Source: Trichomonas gallinae
Lineage: Eukaryota
DNA length: 64,000 bases
Assembly: GCA_008369845.1 (NCBI GenBank)
Contig: MRSU01009652.1
Coordinates: forward strand, 1-64,000
Reading direction: 5' to 3'
Shown here one piece after another: positions 1-10,058 of the stretch. The notes under the pieces are model-generated. The model made no database searches. It was given only the letters and a program-made list of their open reading frames with translations, and was not told the DNA's origin. A program made the position numbers and the translations under genes. The first letter of the stretch is position 1. Each line of letters starts with the position of its first letter.

Positions 1-433
1 TTAATTATCTCTATAGAAATGACTTTGAGACATACCACTAACACCATTATATAGCGTTTAGATATACTCATTTTTTGGTCCTAAAAACAAACTCCAATCT
101 ATCGAGCCAAACTTCAAAAACACAATATAATACATTCTCAAAAGTCGTATAATATAAAGGAATAAATCTGATACATACGAAGCATTTACACTCTTTTGAT
201 GCAAGCTTTCAAGAATATAAGTTACATAACTATTCCATTACATATTAGGACTCCTGCGACATAAATTAAAAAAAAAATTGAAAATGATAATGAGTTTAGG
301 AGTTTAAAATTACTAAATATAAACTCATTCATTAAATAGGAATTATGCATAGTGTTGAATCATTCTAGAAATGTAGAGAAAAATTATACATTTTATTATA
401 AAATATTAGATACAAAAATAAAAATAATCAAAA

Positions 434-3400
434 TTATTCTGTGGTTTCAGTAATGATATACTGACTGTCAAGCCAAACGACTTGTCTGTCTGATATCTTC
501 AAATCCTTTGTAGAGAGATAAGCGAATCCTTGTTCGAATCCGCCGCTGTTTGCAGTAACAGGGTTGATAAGTTGGCCTTTTGCGCGTGCTGATGAAGCAA
601 TGCGAGTCTCACTGAATTCTACGTGAGCGTTCGCACTTCCACCTGCATTGACTATTGCAACATCGCTCTCTATATCACATCCGCGAATTGTTGCAACGCT
701 TGGACCAGCAGCATCGAAGCTTCTCAAGACGAAAAGACCAGTGAAGTCCTGCATATGAGTTAAATCTGATATCTGAGTCTTCGCGATTATTCTAACACCA
801 AGTAATCTTAATATACCAACTCCATCGACAATGCATCTGACTGGTGTCATCATTTCGCCAATCTTCGCACCACCATTCACCATTATTTCAGCATTCATGT
901 CGTCACAGACAATTGTCAATGAATGCATTGGAGAAATGTGGACTATTCTTGTCCATGTCAACTTTGCGCGAGAAGCAACCTGCAGCATTACATGTTGGTG
1001 CTCTTGAAGTGCTCTGCGTGCGATTTGTCCGACTTCTTCGCCATCAGAAACTTGCACAACGAATCTGTCTTTCTTCGGGATTCTTGGTACTTTTTGGGAA
1101 ACAGTGGATTTCGCTGGGGAAACTGATGGAGCTGAGTTTATTGCTGGAACTGACTGAAGAGACGGGAAAATGAGTGTGCAGATATTGTTCTGGAATTCCT
1201 GTATTGATGCGAGTGTTTGCTCGAATTTCATGTTGAACGACTCGAAATTCGCGTTGTGTCTATGTATGTGCTGCAGTGATGCAATGTCTGTTGTTGCCTT
1301 TTCAACTGCACCTTTCATTGAGTCTATCTCTGTGTCGCATCTGCGCTGCAATGCATTGGTGCCATTTCTTAGTGTGTCAAAATTCGTTGAAAAGTCGTCG
1401 AATGCTTTCTCAAGGCGCTCAGCAGATTTGATGACTCTAGAATTCTCCGACTTCAAGTATTCTATAGCTTCTGTTGTTGTTGTATCAATCTTGTTGACAC
1501 GCTTTGTTACATCATCCAATGAGTTGTTCAGATATTTGTTGTTTTGGTCAACATTCTTCTCGAGTTTGTCGATTCTTGAATTCATCTGTGTGTCGGTCTC
1601 TTTGAGCTGGTTGAGTTCTGATTCCATGGCTCCGATGTCATTTCTGATCTTTGTCTGCATGTTAGAAACATCAGCAGTGATCTTCGTAGATAGTTTATCG
1701 AAGACTGAATTGATTTCAGCAATCTTTGTTGTAATGTTTTCTTCATTCTTTTGTGCTAAATCATTGAAGCTCTTCTTAGTGTCTTCCTGCAGCTTGGCGA
1801 TGTTCTGCTGGTTTTCTTGTGAGTCTTTCTCGATGACTTTCTGCATTTCTTCGAGTTGTGAGCGTGTAACTTCCTTGATGTTCTTTATTGAGTTCTCAAC
1901 TTTCTTGACACGCTCTGAGACATCAGACTGCATCTCCTGAACTCTTATTTCGACTGATCCTATGTTTTCTTCTGCGGATGAAACGCGCTGCTTGAATGCT
2001 TCAAGTGTTTCTTTGACTTTATCTTCCGATAGTGAAATTCTTGTGCGATTTTCGTTGACTGATTTGTTCATCGAATTTGTGTTTTCGACGAGTTTGTTGT
2101 CAACATTTGTCTTCATCTCTGTCATGTCTTTCTTCACTTGCTCAATTTGATCTTCTATCTCTTTCTGTGAAGATGCTATTTCTTCCTTGATGCTTTCCAG
2201 TGAACCACTTTGCTGATTGATTGCAGATGAAATCTGCTCCTTGACTTTCTTGGCTGCCTGCATCATGAAACTATCGAGATTAGTTTGTTGCTCAGCCTGA
2301 GAGTTTTCTAATGCTAGTTTAAGGTCAGAAATTCTCTGTGCGAGAGTATTGTTGTTGTTAGCTTCGTCTTCAATTGATTTAGTCAATGCTGCGTGCATTG
2401 TTTTAACATCATTTGATTCTTGTGCGGCGACTTTGTCTATGTATTCTTTCGCTCTTTGCTCTGACTGCGAAATCTGCGATCCAAAGTCATTCCTGCATGA
2501 CTGAACTTTCTCATTAAACTTCTGTTCGATCTGTGAAGATTTATCGTCTGAACTTTTGAATCTTTCGTTGATTTCTGCGAATTTAGCTGAGTTGTCGCTT
2601 TGTATTTGTGTCAGTGAGTTATGGAAATCGTTTTGCACTGCTTCGAATGTCTCTGAAATTTGTTTCGCGTTTTGTTTGAAGTTGCTCTTCAAGTGATCAA
2701 TCTTTGTAATTGTCTGTGCAATTGAAGACTCGCTGCCACCTTTAATTTGATTGATCTGATCTTTAATGTCTGAAATTTCTTTAGCAAATTTAGCATTTTG
2801 AGAGTTTGCTGCATTTTCAATGTCTTTAGAGTGAGCTTTGATAATCGACTCTACTTCTTGCGAGATTTCGTTGTGTTTGTTCGCTAAATCATTTTCTGCT
2901 TGTATCTTTCTGGCTTCTTCCTGATGAATATTCTCTTCTATGTGATCATCTAATTGCTGCTTGATTGCTTTGTTGAATTCTTCGATCGAAGAAACTTTCT
3001 TTCTCGACCATTCTCTGTATGTTTCGACTTTAGTGTCTTCTTCGTCGACTTTGATCGACAAAACTTTAATTGCGTCTTTAACTTCTTGCTGGTTCTCGGC
3101 CATTGACTGCCTTAAATCTGCCTTGTCTTTGATTGAAGCGTTCTTTAAATTAGTGACTTCTGTTTTCAGTTCTGTTTCGATGAGTTTTGCGTTCTGTGTA
3201 ACTTTAGAATCAAGCTCTGTTAATGTGTTGTTGAGTTTTGTTATGTTTGTAACAGAGTCGTTGTTGTTTGCTTTAATTGTTGAGCTCATTTCTTTGATTT
3301 TCTTGATTGTTTGGTCAGCGAAATCATCTATTTTCTGTACATTGTTATTTGTTGCATCTCTGAGTTTGTTTATTTCTGCTTCAGCTTGTGCCAATGTTAT

Positions 3401-6400
3401 TGTAGCGCCAAATATTGCTGTCTTCGCGTTATTCAATATATCATCGCGTTCTGATGTGAATGTCTTCATGAGCAATCTAGAATCAGCCTTGCATTCATCA
3501 ATTGCAGATGTAACTGATTGACGTGTTTCAGTGATCATTTGTAAAATAAGTGGAATTGTTTCTGTTGATTCTCCTTGTAAAAGATTTAGTCTGTTTATAA
3601 TCTTTCCATAATCATTCTTGTTTGGAATTTCTTTGACTTTGGAGTCGAGCTTGTTGAGTGAATCGTTGATCCTTGCTGTGTCATCGCGGATACCAGCGAT
3701 TTCAGCGCGCAAATTAGCTGTGACAGCATCTGAAACTTCTTTGGAAAGCCTCTGTGTTTTCTCATTTTGTTGCTTGATGTCGTTTTCGTGTGCTTGAAGT
3801 TGTACGTCTGCTTTATGATATACATCTTCAATGCGCTGACTCAGATCATTAATTGAGCTATTAGATCCACCTTTAATTGCTTCTATTGCTGCTGACAATT
3901 GAGAAAAGTTTTCTTTAGATGTTGACGACAATTTTGAAATTCTGTCTTTGAATGATGAAACTATTGTATCATTTGTCGCCTTTCCTTCATCGAAGCCTGT
4001 CTTCATTTCTGTGTGTATGTCAGCGAATTGCTTCTGTGAGTCAGCTTTGAGATCGTTAATCATCTTAACGATTTCATCCTGTTGCTTTTCAATCTTTTGA
4101 GCGTGATTTTCATCGAGTTCGCCCATTTTAACTTCAACAGCGCTAACTCTCTTCATCAAACCTGGTAATGATGCCTCTTCTGTTCCTGTCAATGCAGTTA
4201 ATCTTTCGTCTAATGTTGAAATTGCTCCTTTGAGTTTGTTGATGCGATTACTTATGGATTTCTCTGATTGCTCGATAGAAATATTTATTTGAGAATTAAT
4301 TCTTGTCTCTGTGTCAGCAATGTTTTGATGTAAAGCTTCAATATTTGCCTCTTGCTTGGCATCTCTCTGTTTCTGTGTTTCAACATTTTCTTCGTAATAT
4401 TTCTTGACTTTAGCAGATGATTTATCTATTTCTTGCATTAATTCGTCTTTGTCTTTAGCGTTCTTTGTCTTTAGATCCTTGACTTGTGATGATAAAGCAT
4501 CGAATTTAGTGTTGAGTGTCGCTTCTATATTAGCAATATTTTCTTTGGAAGCATTTAAGTTGTTTTCTGTATTTAATGATAATTCACTGAATTTTTCTTT
4601 GATCTTTTTGATGGATTTCTTGCTGTTTGTGAGTTCTTCTGCTGTATTATTTTCGATATTTGCAATTCTTTCTAAAACTTGAGGCATTGTTGAAGTTATT
4701 CCGCCAATGAAATTGTCAAGTGCGTTTTGTGTTGCTGAGTTTTTGTCTGAAAGTTCTTTCTTTGATGTTTGTATTTCTATTTCTAATTTGTTCGCTGTTT
4801 CTTCTATCATTGCTCTGTTCTTTTCTGTAAATTGCGCGAATCCATCATTAACAGATTTGATTCTTTCATCAGTCGAAGAGTTGTATGTCTCCATCTGTGT
4901 AATCAGTTCTTGTGCGCGTTGCTCAACTAATTGTTTATTGTTGGTAATTTTTTCATCGCAACGAGTCTTGACTTTCTTGATTGATTCAGCTAAATCATCC
5001 ATTGTGTAGTTGTTTTCACCCTTCAATGTCATTAAAATGTGCTTTGTCTCTGTTAAGTCTGCGTTGACAGCTGATACTTGCGTTCTGACGTCTTCGTGTA
5101 TTTCACTCTTAATTGAGTCGATGTTTTTGGCTGTTTGTTGCTCGTTTTCTTCGATTGATACTTTGATCTGTTCGATCTTGTTGTCGACATCTGTCTTAGT
5201 TTGTGTGTTTTGGTCAACGACTTCTTGTATCTTCTCGAGCATTTCTGTTTTAGAGGCTTCGATTTTTTCGTTTTGATTTGAAATCTTTTCTTTGAATCTT
5301 TCTAACCTGTCGACAACTTGATTTGTTACTGAATCGAGCTGAGCACTTGTCTCAGATTTGACTTGGTCGAACTTAGACTCGAGTTTCTGTCTTTTAGACT
5401 CGACTTCGTTAATCGAATTTTGCAATGTTGTATTAATTTTGTCGTCTGAATCCTTATATTCCTGGATCATCTTCGATAATGAATCTCTTAAGCCATCAAT
5501 TGATTTAGTCAGTGAATCCATTGTTTCTGTAGATCCACCGATTAGTTTGTCGACTCTTTTAATTTCGTTTTCGAGTTTTTCGTTTGTTTGGTTGTCTCCC
5601 GCTTCGACTTTAGCGAGAATTGTCTCCTTCTGCTTGGACAAAGCTGCTTTAACGTCATCAACAAGCTTGTCGATGCTTTCATTCACTGATGCGATTTTTG
5701 CATCAACTTCAGAAATCGTTTTCGTAGCTGTTTCTTTTGACTCCCTGCGAATCTTCTGGACAGTGTCGTTGAATCCGTCAACAGTATCAGTCAAAGTCGT
5801 TCTCACGCTTTGAATTTGGCCACTTAAATCTGTCATTGAGATTTTTTCGTCTCCCTGAAGGAATTTGATGCGCAAATTCATGTCTTCAAGCTTCTTGTTT
5901 GACTGGTCTAATGTTGCTTTCATATCTGCGTTCTTTTTATTGATTTCGTCGAGAGTTGTGTGACAATCTTTTTCTAGGGCTTCGTTATCGGCCCTTAATT
6001 CATCTGTTTCGCGTTTAATATCGGCAAAGTTCTTGGTTGTTTGTTCCGAAAACTGACTAAAGTTGTTTGTTAAGTCAGATAATTTTGTATTTGTTTCATC
6101 TATTTGAGATTTCAGCGCTGAGACAGCTGATTTGAGATGCTTCTTAGCACTGTGTTCTATTTCATCTGTTCTCCGCTTCCAAGCTGCTGTATCTTCTTCA
6201 TTCTGTTTTTTAATTTCAATTGTTGTGTCTTGTAATCCACTTAGCTCGTTTCGTAATGACTCAATTGATATGTCTATCTCTTCCAAATGGTGATCAATCG
6301 CTCCGAAATGTTCATCGTGTTTTTGTAATTCCGAAGAGTGCTTTTGCAGCTGTGAATCATGATTGTCTAAGCGTAATTCGGCTTTATTCATGCTAGTTTC

Positions 6401-7021
6401 GAGTTTGTCAATTCTATCTTTTAATCCGTTGACAAATGTATTAATTTGTTGGAAATATGCTGTATGTTGCTCAATAAGCTTCGCGTTATCATTGTGCTTG
6501 CCAAGTAAGTCCGAATAAGCCTTCTGTATCGAATCATTCACAGTTTTAATTTCATTATTGATTTTTTCTTCGATATTTGACTTTAGTTTGTCGAATTTCG
6601 TATTATAATCCTGTTTTAGCTCGGAAACAATCTCATTCTTAAGTTTGCTGAGTCTATCTTCTTCCGAATTCTTGAATTCATTTAATTCGTTAAGTTGAGT
6701 TCCATGATTATCGGATGTTTCTTTTAGAGAATTTATATCTTCGACAGCTTTGTCAGTTGTCTTGCTTTGATTGTTGAAGTTCTTAGCTAAAATATTTAAC
6801 TTTTTTTCGTGGTTTTTGATATTATCCTTAGCTTCTTTGATTTCTTCCGCATCTTGGATAACCTGCTTAGCAGAGCTGTACAAAGTATTGTATTGATCCT
6901 TCAATTTGTCGATATCTTTATTCAAAGAATCTGAAGAGCTTCGAAAGTCGTGAAATAGAGCGTCAATCTGTGCTGAGCAGCGGTCAATCTCCCTGCGAAG
7001 GTCCGAGGGAGTGTCACTCAT
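434..7021 (-). CDS. Giant segmented coiled-coil protein (2195 aa) with a C-terminal globular, possibly beta-helical, domain
   Basis: Uninterrupted ORF. About 1950 aa of E/K/Q/L/I-rich helical sequence with recurring Gly hinge motifs, then a Pro/Ser linker and ~200 aa of beta-rich C-terminus. Confidence 0.85.
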   Translation of the reverse strand: MSDTPSDLRREIDRCSAQIDALFHDFRSSSDSLNKDIDKLKDQYNTLYSSAKQVIQDAEEIKEAKDNIKNHEKKLNILAKNFNNQSKTTDKAVEDINSLKETSDNHGTQLNELNEFKNSEEDRLSKLKNEIVSELKQDYNTKFDKLKSNIEEKINNEIKTVNDSIQKAYSDLLGKHNDNAKLIEQHTAYFQQINTFVNGLKDRIDKLETSMNKAELRLDNHDSQLQKHSSELQKHDEHFGAIDHHLEEIDISIESLRNELSGLQDTTIEIKKQNEEDTAAWKRRTDEIEHSAKKHLKSAVSALKSQIDETNTKLSDLTNNFSQFSEQTTKNFADIKRETDELRADNEALEKDCHTTLDEINKKNADMKATLDQSNKKLEDMNLRIKFLQGDEKISMTDLSGQIQSVRTTLTDTVDGFNDTVQKIRRESKETATKTISEVDAKIASVNESIDKLVDDVKAALSKQKETILAKVEAGDNQTNEKLENEIKRVDKLIGGSTETMDSLTKSIDGLRDSLSKMIQEYKDSDDKINTTLQNSINEVESKRQKLESKFDQVKSETSAQLDSVTNQVVDRLERFKEKISNQNEKIEASKTEMLEKIQEVVDQNTQTKTDVDNKIEQIKVSIEENEQQTAKNIDSIKSEIHEDVRTQVSAVNADLTETKHILMTLKGENNYTMDDLAESIKKVKTRCDEKITNNKQLVEQRAQELITQMETYNSSTDERIKSVNDGFAQFTEKNRAMIEETANKLEIEIQTSKKELSDKNSATQNALDNFIGGITSTMPQVLERIANIENNTAEELTNSKKSIKKIKEKFSELSLNTENNLNASKENIANIEATLNTKFDALSSQVKDLKTKNAKDKDELMQEIDKSSAKVKKYYEENVETQKQRDAKQEANIEALHQNIADTETRINSQINISIEQSEKSISNRINKLKGAISTLDERLTALTGTEEASLPGLMKRVSAVEVKMGELDENHAQKIEKQQDEIVKMINDLKADSQKQFADIHTEMKTGFDEGKATNDTIVSSFKDRISKLSSTSKENFSQLSAAIEAIKGGSNSSINDLSQRIEDVYHKADVQLQAHENDIKQQNEKTQRLSKEVSDAVTANLRAEIAGIRDDTARINDSLNKLDSKVKEIPNKNDYGKIINRLNLLQGESTETIPLILQMITETRQSVTSAIDECKADSRLLMKTFTSERDDILNNAKTAIFGATITLAQAEAEINKLRDATNNNVQKIDDFADQTIKKIKEMSSTIKANNNDSVTNITKLNNTLTELDSKVTQNAKLIETELKTEVTNLKNASIKDKADLRQSMAENQQEVKDAIKVLSIKVDEEDTKVETYREWSRKKVSSIEEFNKAIKQQLDDHIEENIHQEEARKIQAENDLANKHNEISQEVESIIKAHSKDIENAANSQNAKFAKEISDIKDQINQIKGGSESSIAQTITKIDHLKSNFKQNAKQISETFEAVQNDFHNSLTQIQSDNSAKFAEINERFKSSDDKSSQIEQKFNEKVQSCRNDFGSQISQSEQRAKEYIDKVAAQESNDVKTMHAALTKSIEDEANNNNTLAQRISDLKLALENSQAEQQTNLDSFMMQAAKKVKEQISSAINQQSGSLESIKEEIASSQKEIEDQIEQVKKDMTEMKTNVDNKLVENTNSMNKSVNENRTRISLSEDKVKETLEAFKQRVSSAEENIGSVEIRVQEMQSDVSERVKKVENSIKNIKEVTRSQLEEMQKVIEKDSQENQQNIAKLQEDTKKSFNDLAQKNEENITTKIAEINSVFDKLSTKITADVSNMQTKIRNDIGAMESELNQLKETDTQMNSRIDKLEKNVDQNNKYLNNSLDDVTKRVNKIDTTTTEAIEYLKSENSRVIKSAERLEKAFDDFSTNFDTLRNGTNALQRRCDTEIDSMKGAVEKATTDIASLQHIHRHNANFESFNMKFEQTLASIQEFQNNICTLIFPSLQSVPAINSAPSVSPAKSTVSQKVPRIPKKDRFVVQVSDGEEVGQIARRALQEHQHVMLQVASRAKLTWTRIVHISPMHSLTIVCDDMNAEIMVNGGAKIGEMMTPVRCIVDGVGILRLLGVRIIAKTQISDLTHMQDFTGLFVLRSFDAAGPSVATIRGCDIESDVAIVNAGGSANAHVEFSETRIASSARAKGQLINPVTANSGGFEQGFAYLSTKDLKISDRQVVWLDSQYIITETTE

Positions 7022-7366
7022 TCTTTAAAAAGCGAGATTTCCAAAAAAGAAAAGTTTGAATATCGTCGTTGTTGATCAAATTCAACAAAATTCTCTGACA
7101 TTCTTATTTGTTATTTTTATGGAAAATCGCGAAAAAAAAAAAATCTCGGAAGTTTTTCTTACAGGATGCTGAGTTGTTCCTTAAAATGGGTTTAGATTAT
7201 GTTTTCTGTATATTTTCTTACAACAAAAATCAAAAAGAGCGAAAATTTCTTTCAGAATTGTTTTCCGCAGTATTTTTTGTGTTAAAATTTGTGATATATA
7301 GAAATCTCATATTATACATTTCATTATTCTTAAATGAAATCAAGATTTCTCATATGGTGCCATTGT

Positions 7367-7716
7367 TTACATGACATATTTCAAATCTTACAAAGCAAAT
7401 ATTAATTTTACATGCCAAATATCTAATTTACATGACGGTTTATTAATTGTATTTGACAATAAACTTGAAATTACATGTCAATCAATAAATTCAATAGTTT
7501 TCTGTCATTTACGGGCGCGTTTGTCATATATTAAAATACATGAAAAATAATATTTATTAGTCTTGTGATTATTTATGTTTAAAATTGCATTGAAATTTAT
7601 TTTACATGTCAGTTTCAATGAATTATATGGCATTTTTCTTATTTTTTACATGTCAAAAATAATAAATTACATGGCATTTCATTAATTTATATGTCAAATA
7701 TGGAAATTACGTGGCA
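7367..7716. promoter_or_regulatory. Array of about 11 copies of TTAYRTGNCA in a divergent intergenic region
   Basis: Copies start at 7367, 7388 (degenerate), 7408, 7428, 7471, 7602, 7623, 7646, 7667, 7687 and 7707. All have the same orientation and most are 20-23 bp apart. Confidence 0.7.
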
Positions 7717-7729
7717 AAAATTAGTAACT

Positions 7730-9556
7730 ATGGATGATGTCGTTGAGAGCAAAGAGAAAAATATGTGGAATGCGACAACACTCAAATTCGTTAAAGAAAA
7801 TCTAAATGAACGCACTGAGTATCTCGATTTAAACACAAATCACGTCAGTCTCGAATGTGCTGAATATATCGCAAAATATTTAAAGATGAAAGGATCTCCA
7901 CTAATTGGATTGTCATTAGTACAATGTCATCTAACTACTCGTGCTGCCAAAGTTATTTTTGAAGCTATTGGTTGCTCAAATTTAATCGAATTTTACGCAG
8001 ATAATAATATTTTGCATCAAGAAGCATGTGAAACACTCGCTGCATCTCTACAAAAGAATCCACCGCTCGAAGTTTTAAGTTTAAATGGCTGCAACATTGC
8101 GTGCGAAGGCGGAATTGCGATTGCTCAAGCAATTCCCTCTCTTACAAAGCTTATTCACCTAAGATTAGAGTCAAACAATCTTTTCGACTACGGAGCAATT
8201 GCTGTTGCTAAAGCAATCAAAAGTTCATCATTTACTCATCTATCGATAGCGGACAATGAGATATGGCTTGAAGGCTCCATTGCAATTGTCAATGAAGTTG
8301 CTAATTGCAAACGTATCAAATCGTTAGATATTTCATATAATACTCTTGATCTCGACTGTTTGTCGAATTGCATAACAAGAAACACAGAACTCACAGAATT
8401 AGCAATAAGTGGATGTAAAATACGCATTAATCAACTTCCAAATTTCCTCGATAAATTAATAAATTCGAATTTAACGACATTAATCATGGATGGATTCGAT
8501 CAAAATCAACTACCAGTTTCATGGCCTAAAATACACGATAAAATATTTACTCAACGCGATTATTTCGAGCAATTATTAAATTTGATTCAAATTTCTAAAT
8601 CATTAGTTGATATCAGAATAGGTTATCTCGATCCTGGCCAGATAATGACCATGGCTGGAGCATTTACAACACTCGATCGCGAAGTTACACTCTCAATTCA
8701 AGATTTTGGAAGAACAGGCAACTGCTGGGTTGCTAAGTTCCCAACATTTGAACTTTTAGCTCCAACAGATATGCTCAAGTGGAGTGAGCCTGTTACAAGT
8801 GTTGAATCTGCAAGACAATTCGGTCCAATTTTTAATTCATCGAAATTTAAAGGAAATCCGCTTAAAAGCCTCGATATATCAGCAGTAGCCCTCAATGATC
8901 AATGTGCAGAGAAAATGCTGAAAAATATGAGAAATATTAATATTGATATTTTAGATTTGTCATCAAACAACTTTGGTGATGCAATAGTCGAATCACTGAT
9001 AGAAATGTGCTCATCCTGCAAAGTTAGGGACCTCAGACTTGAAAAAACAAGACTTTCTGAAATGGGACTCGCGAAATTCTTGTCTTATTTCTCAGATGTG
9101 CAGCCTCTTTCGTGTCCAAAAGAACTCTCCTTCTCTGTCGTCAGCGATGACAGGGCTCCGCTTGCAACACATGGAGTTTTCCAGATTTTGGCTCAAGTTT
9201 TAGAAAAAGGAGTAGAAATAGAATCGCTGTGCTTGGATGGAGCTATAACACCTATAGATGTTATGATTGTTGCTGATCAGCTCGTCAAAAAGCCAGTAAT
9301 TCACGAGTTTTCAATCGAAACAGATATGACTCAAGATTATTCGAGCCCAGACCCTCCAATTGATCCAGATATACTCAGAGGATTTGCTGATTGCTGCAAG
9401 TCACTGCATAATCTGATTGTTGGAGTAGATGAATCGATGATGAAAGATTTCAAATATCCTTTGTTATCTGAGATATTTATTTACAGAGATCCAGACATGC
9501 TCAGAATGTGGCAGGAAATAGAGGCAAGAATAGAAGAGGTTAACTCTCGTAAGTGA
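7730..9556 (+). CDS. RNI-like leucine-rich repeat protein
   Basis: Repeats such as LEVLSLNGCNIACEGGIAIAQAI, LIHLRLESNNLFDYGAIAVAKAI and LDLSSNNFGD. The ORF track starts at 7691, but that ATG lies inside the motif array, so ATG 7730 is preferred. Confidence 0.85.
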   Translation: MDDVVESKEKNMWNATTLKFVKENLNERTEYLDLNTNHVSLECAEYIAKYLKMKGSPLIGLSLVQCHLTTRAAKVIFEAIGCSNLIEFYADNNILHQEACETLAASLQKNPPLEVLSLNGCNIACEGGIAIAQAIPSLTKLIHLRLESNNLFDYGAIAVAKAIKSSSFTHLSIADNEIWLEGSIAIVNEVANCKRIKSLDISYNTLDLDCLSNCITRNTELTELAISGCKIRINQLPNFLDKLINSNLTTLIMDGFDQNQLPVSWPKIHDKIFTQRDYFEQLLNLIQISKSLVDIRIGYLDPGQIMTMAGAFTTLDREVTLSIQDFGRTGNCWVAKFPTFELLAPTDMLKWSEPVTSVESARQFGPIFNSSKFKGNPLKSLDISAVALNDQCAEKMLKNMRNINIDILDLSSNNFGDAIVESLIEMCSSCKVRDLRLEKTRLSEMGLAKFLSYFSDVQPLSCPKELSFSVVSDDRAPLATHGVFQILAQVLEKGVEIESLCLDGAITPIDVMIVADQLVKKPVIHEFSIETDMTQDYSSPDPPIDPDILRGFADCCKSLHNLIVGVDESMMKDFKYPLLSEIFIYRDPDMLRMWQEIEARIEEVNSRK

Positions 9557-10058
9557 TATATTATTTATAAAATATAAAGCTTTTTGTTTTAATAACATTC
9601 TATTTTTTGATCAAAATTTTATCAAATCCACTGAATATTGCATATTTATTGTCTTAAACACACAAATTTATCAAGATAAATTTTTTTTTTTGATAATTAA
9701 TAGCTAACTACATCATATCACATTGGTATTTTATTACACTTGCTTAGTATATTAATATATACATATAGATTGTTTCCAAAATTAAAAATATTCTAATTAA
9801 ATAATATATCACAATAGAACCAAATGTAAATCATTCCATTATATCCACTATAAATTAAATAACATTTTCTCAAAAGTAAATAATGATAAATACTATTTAG
9901 TTATATAGATATCGAGAATTAATGGAATAGAATTGACGTAATCGAAAAATTAAGCGTAGAAAATGTTTATATACCTATAAAAAGATAGAAAATGAAATAA
10001 AAATGGTAACTAAAAAGTGACAAATATACGTTGAAAATCTGCTAAATTTTTTAAAAGA

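Noticed and set aside
844..5813. Many plus-strand ORFs inside the coiled-coil gene, and similar shadow ORFs within the other large genes
   Set aside because: They are antisense or out-of-frame shadows with Ser/Leu/Phe-rich composition caused by codon bias of the real gene.
434..7021. Viral origin ('A-type inclusion protein' style label) or phage tail fibre
   Set aside because: The resemblance is generic coiled-coil composition, and no viral or Maverick genes lie nearby.
7691..7729. N-terminal extension MSNMEITWQKLVT of the LRR gene
   Set aside because: It is made of motif-array copies, so ATG 7730 is more plausible.
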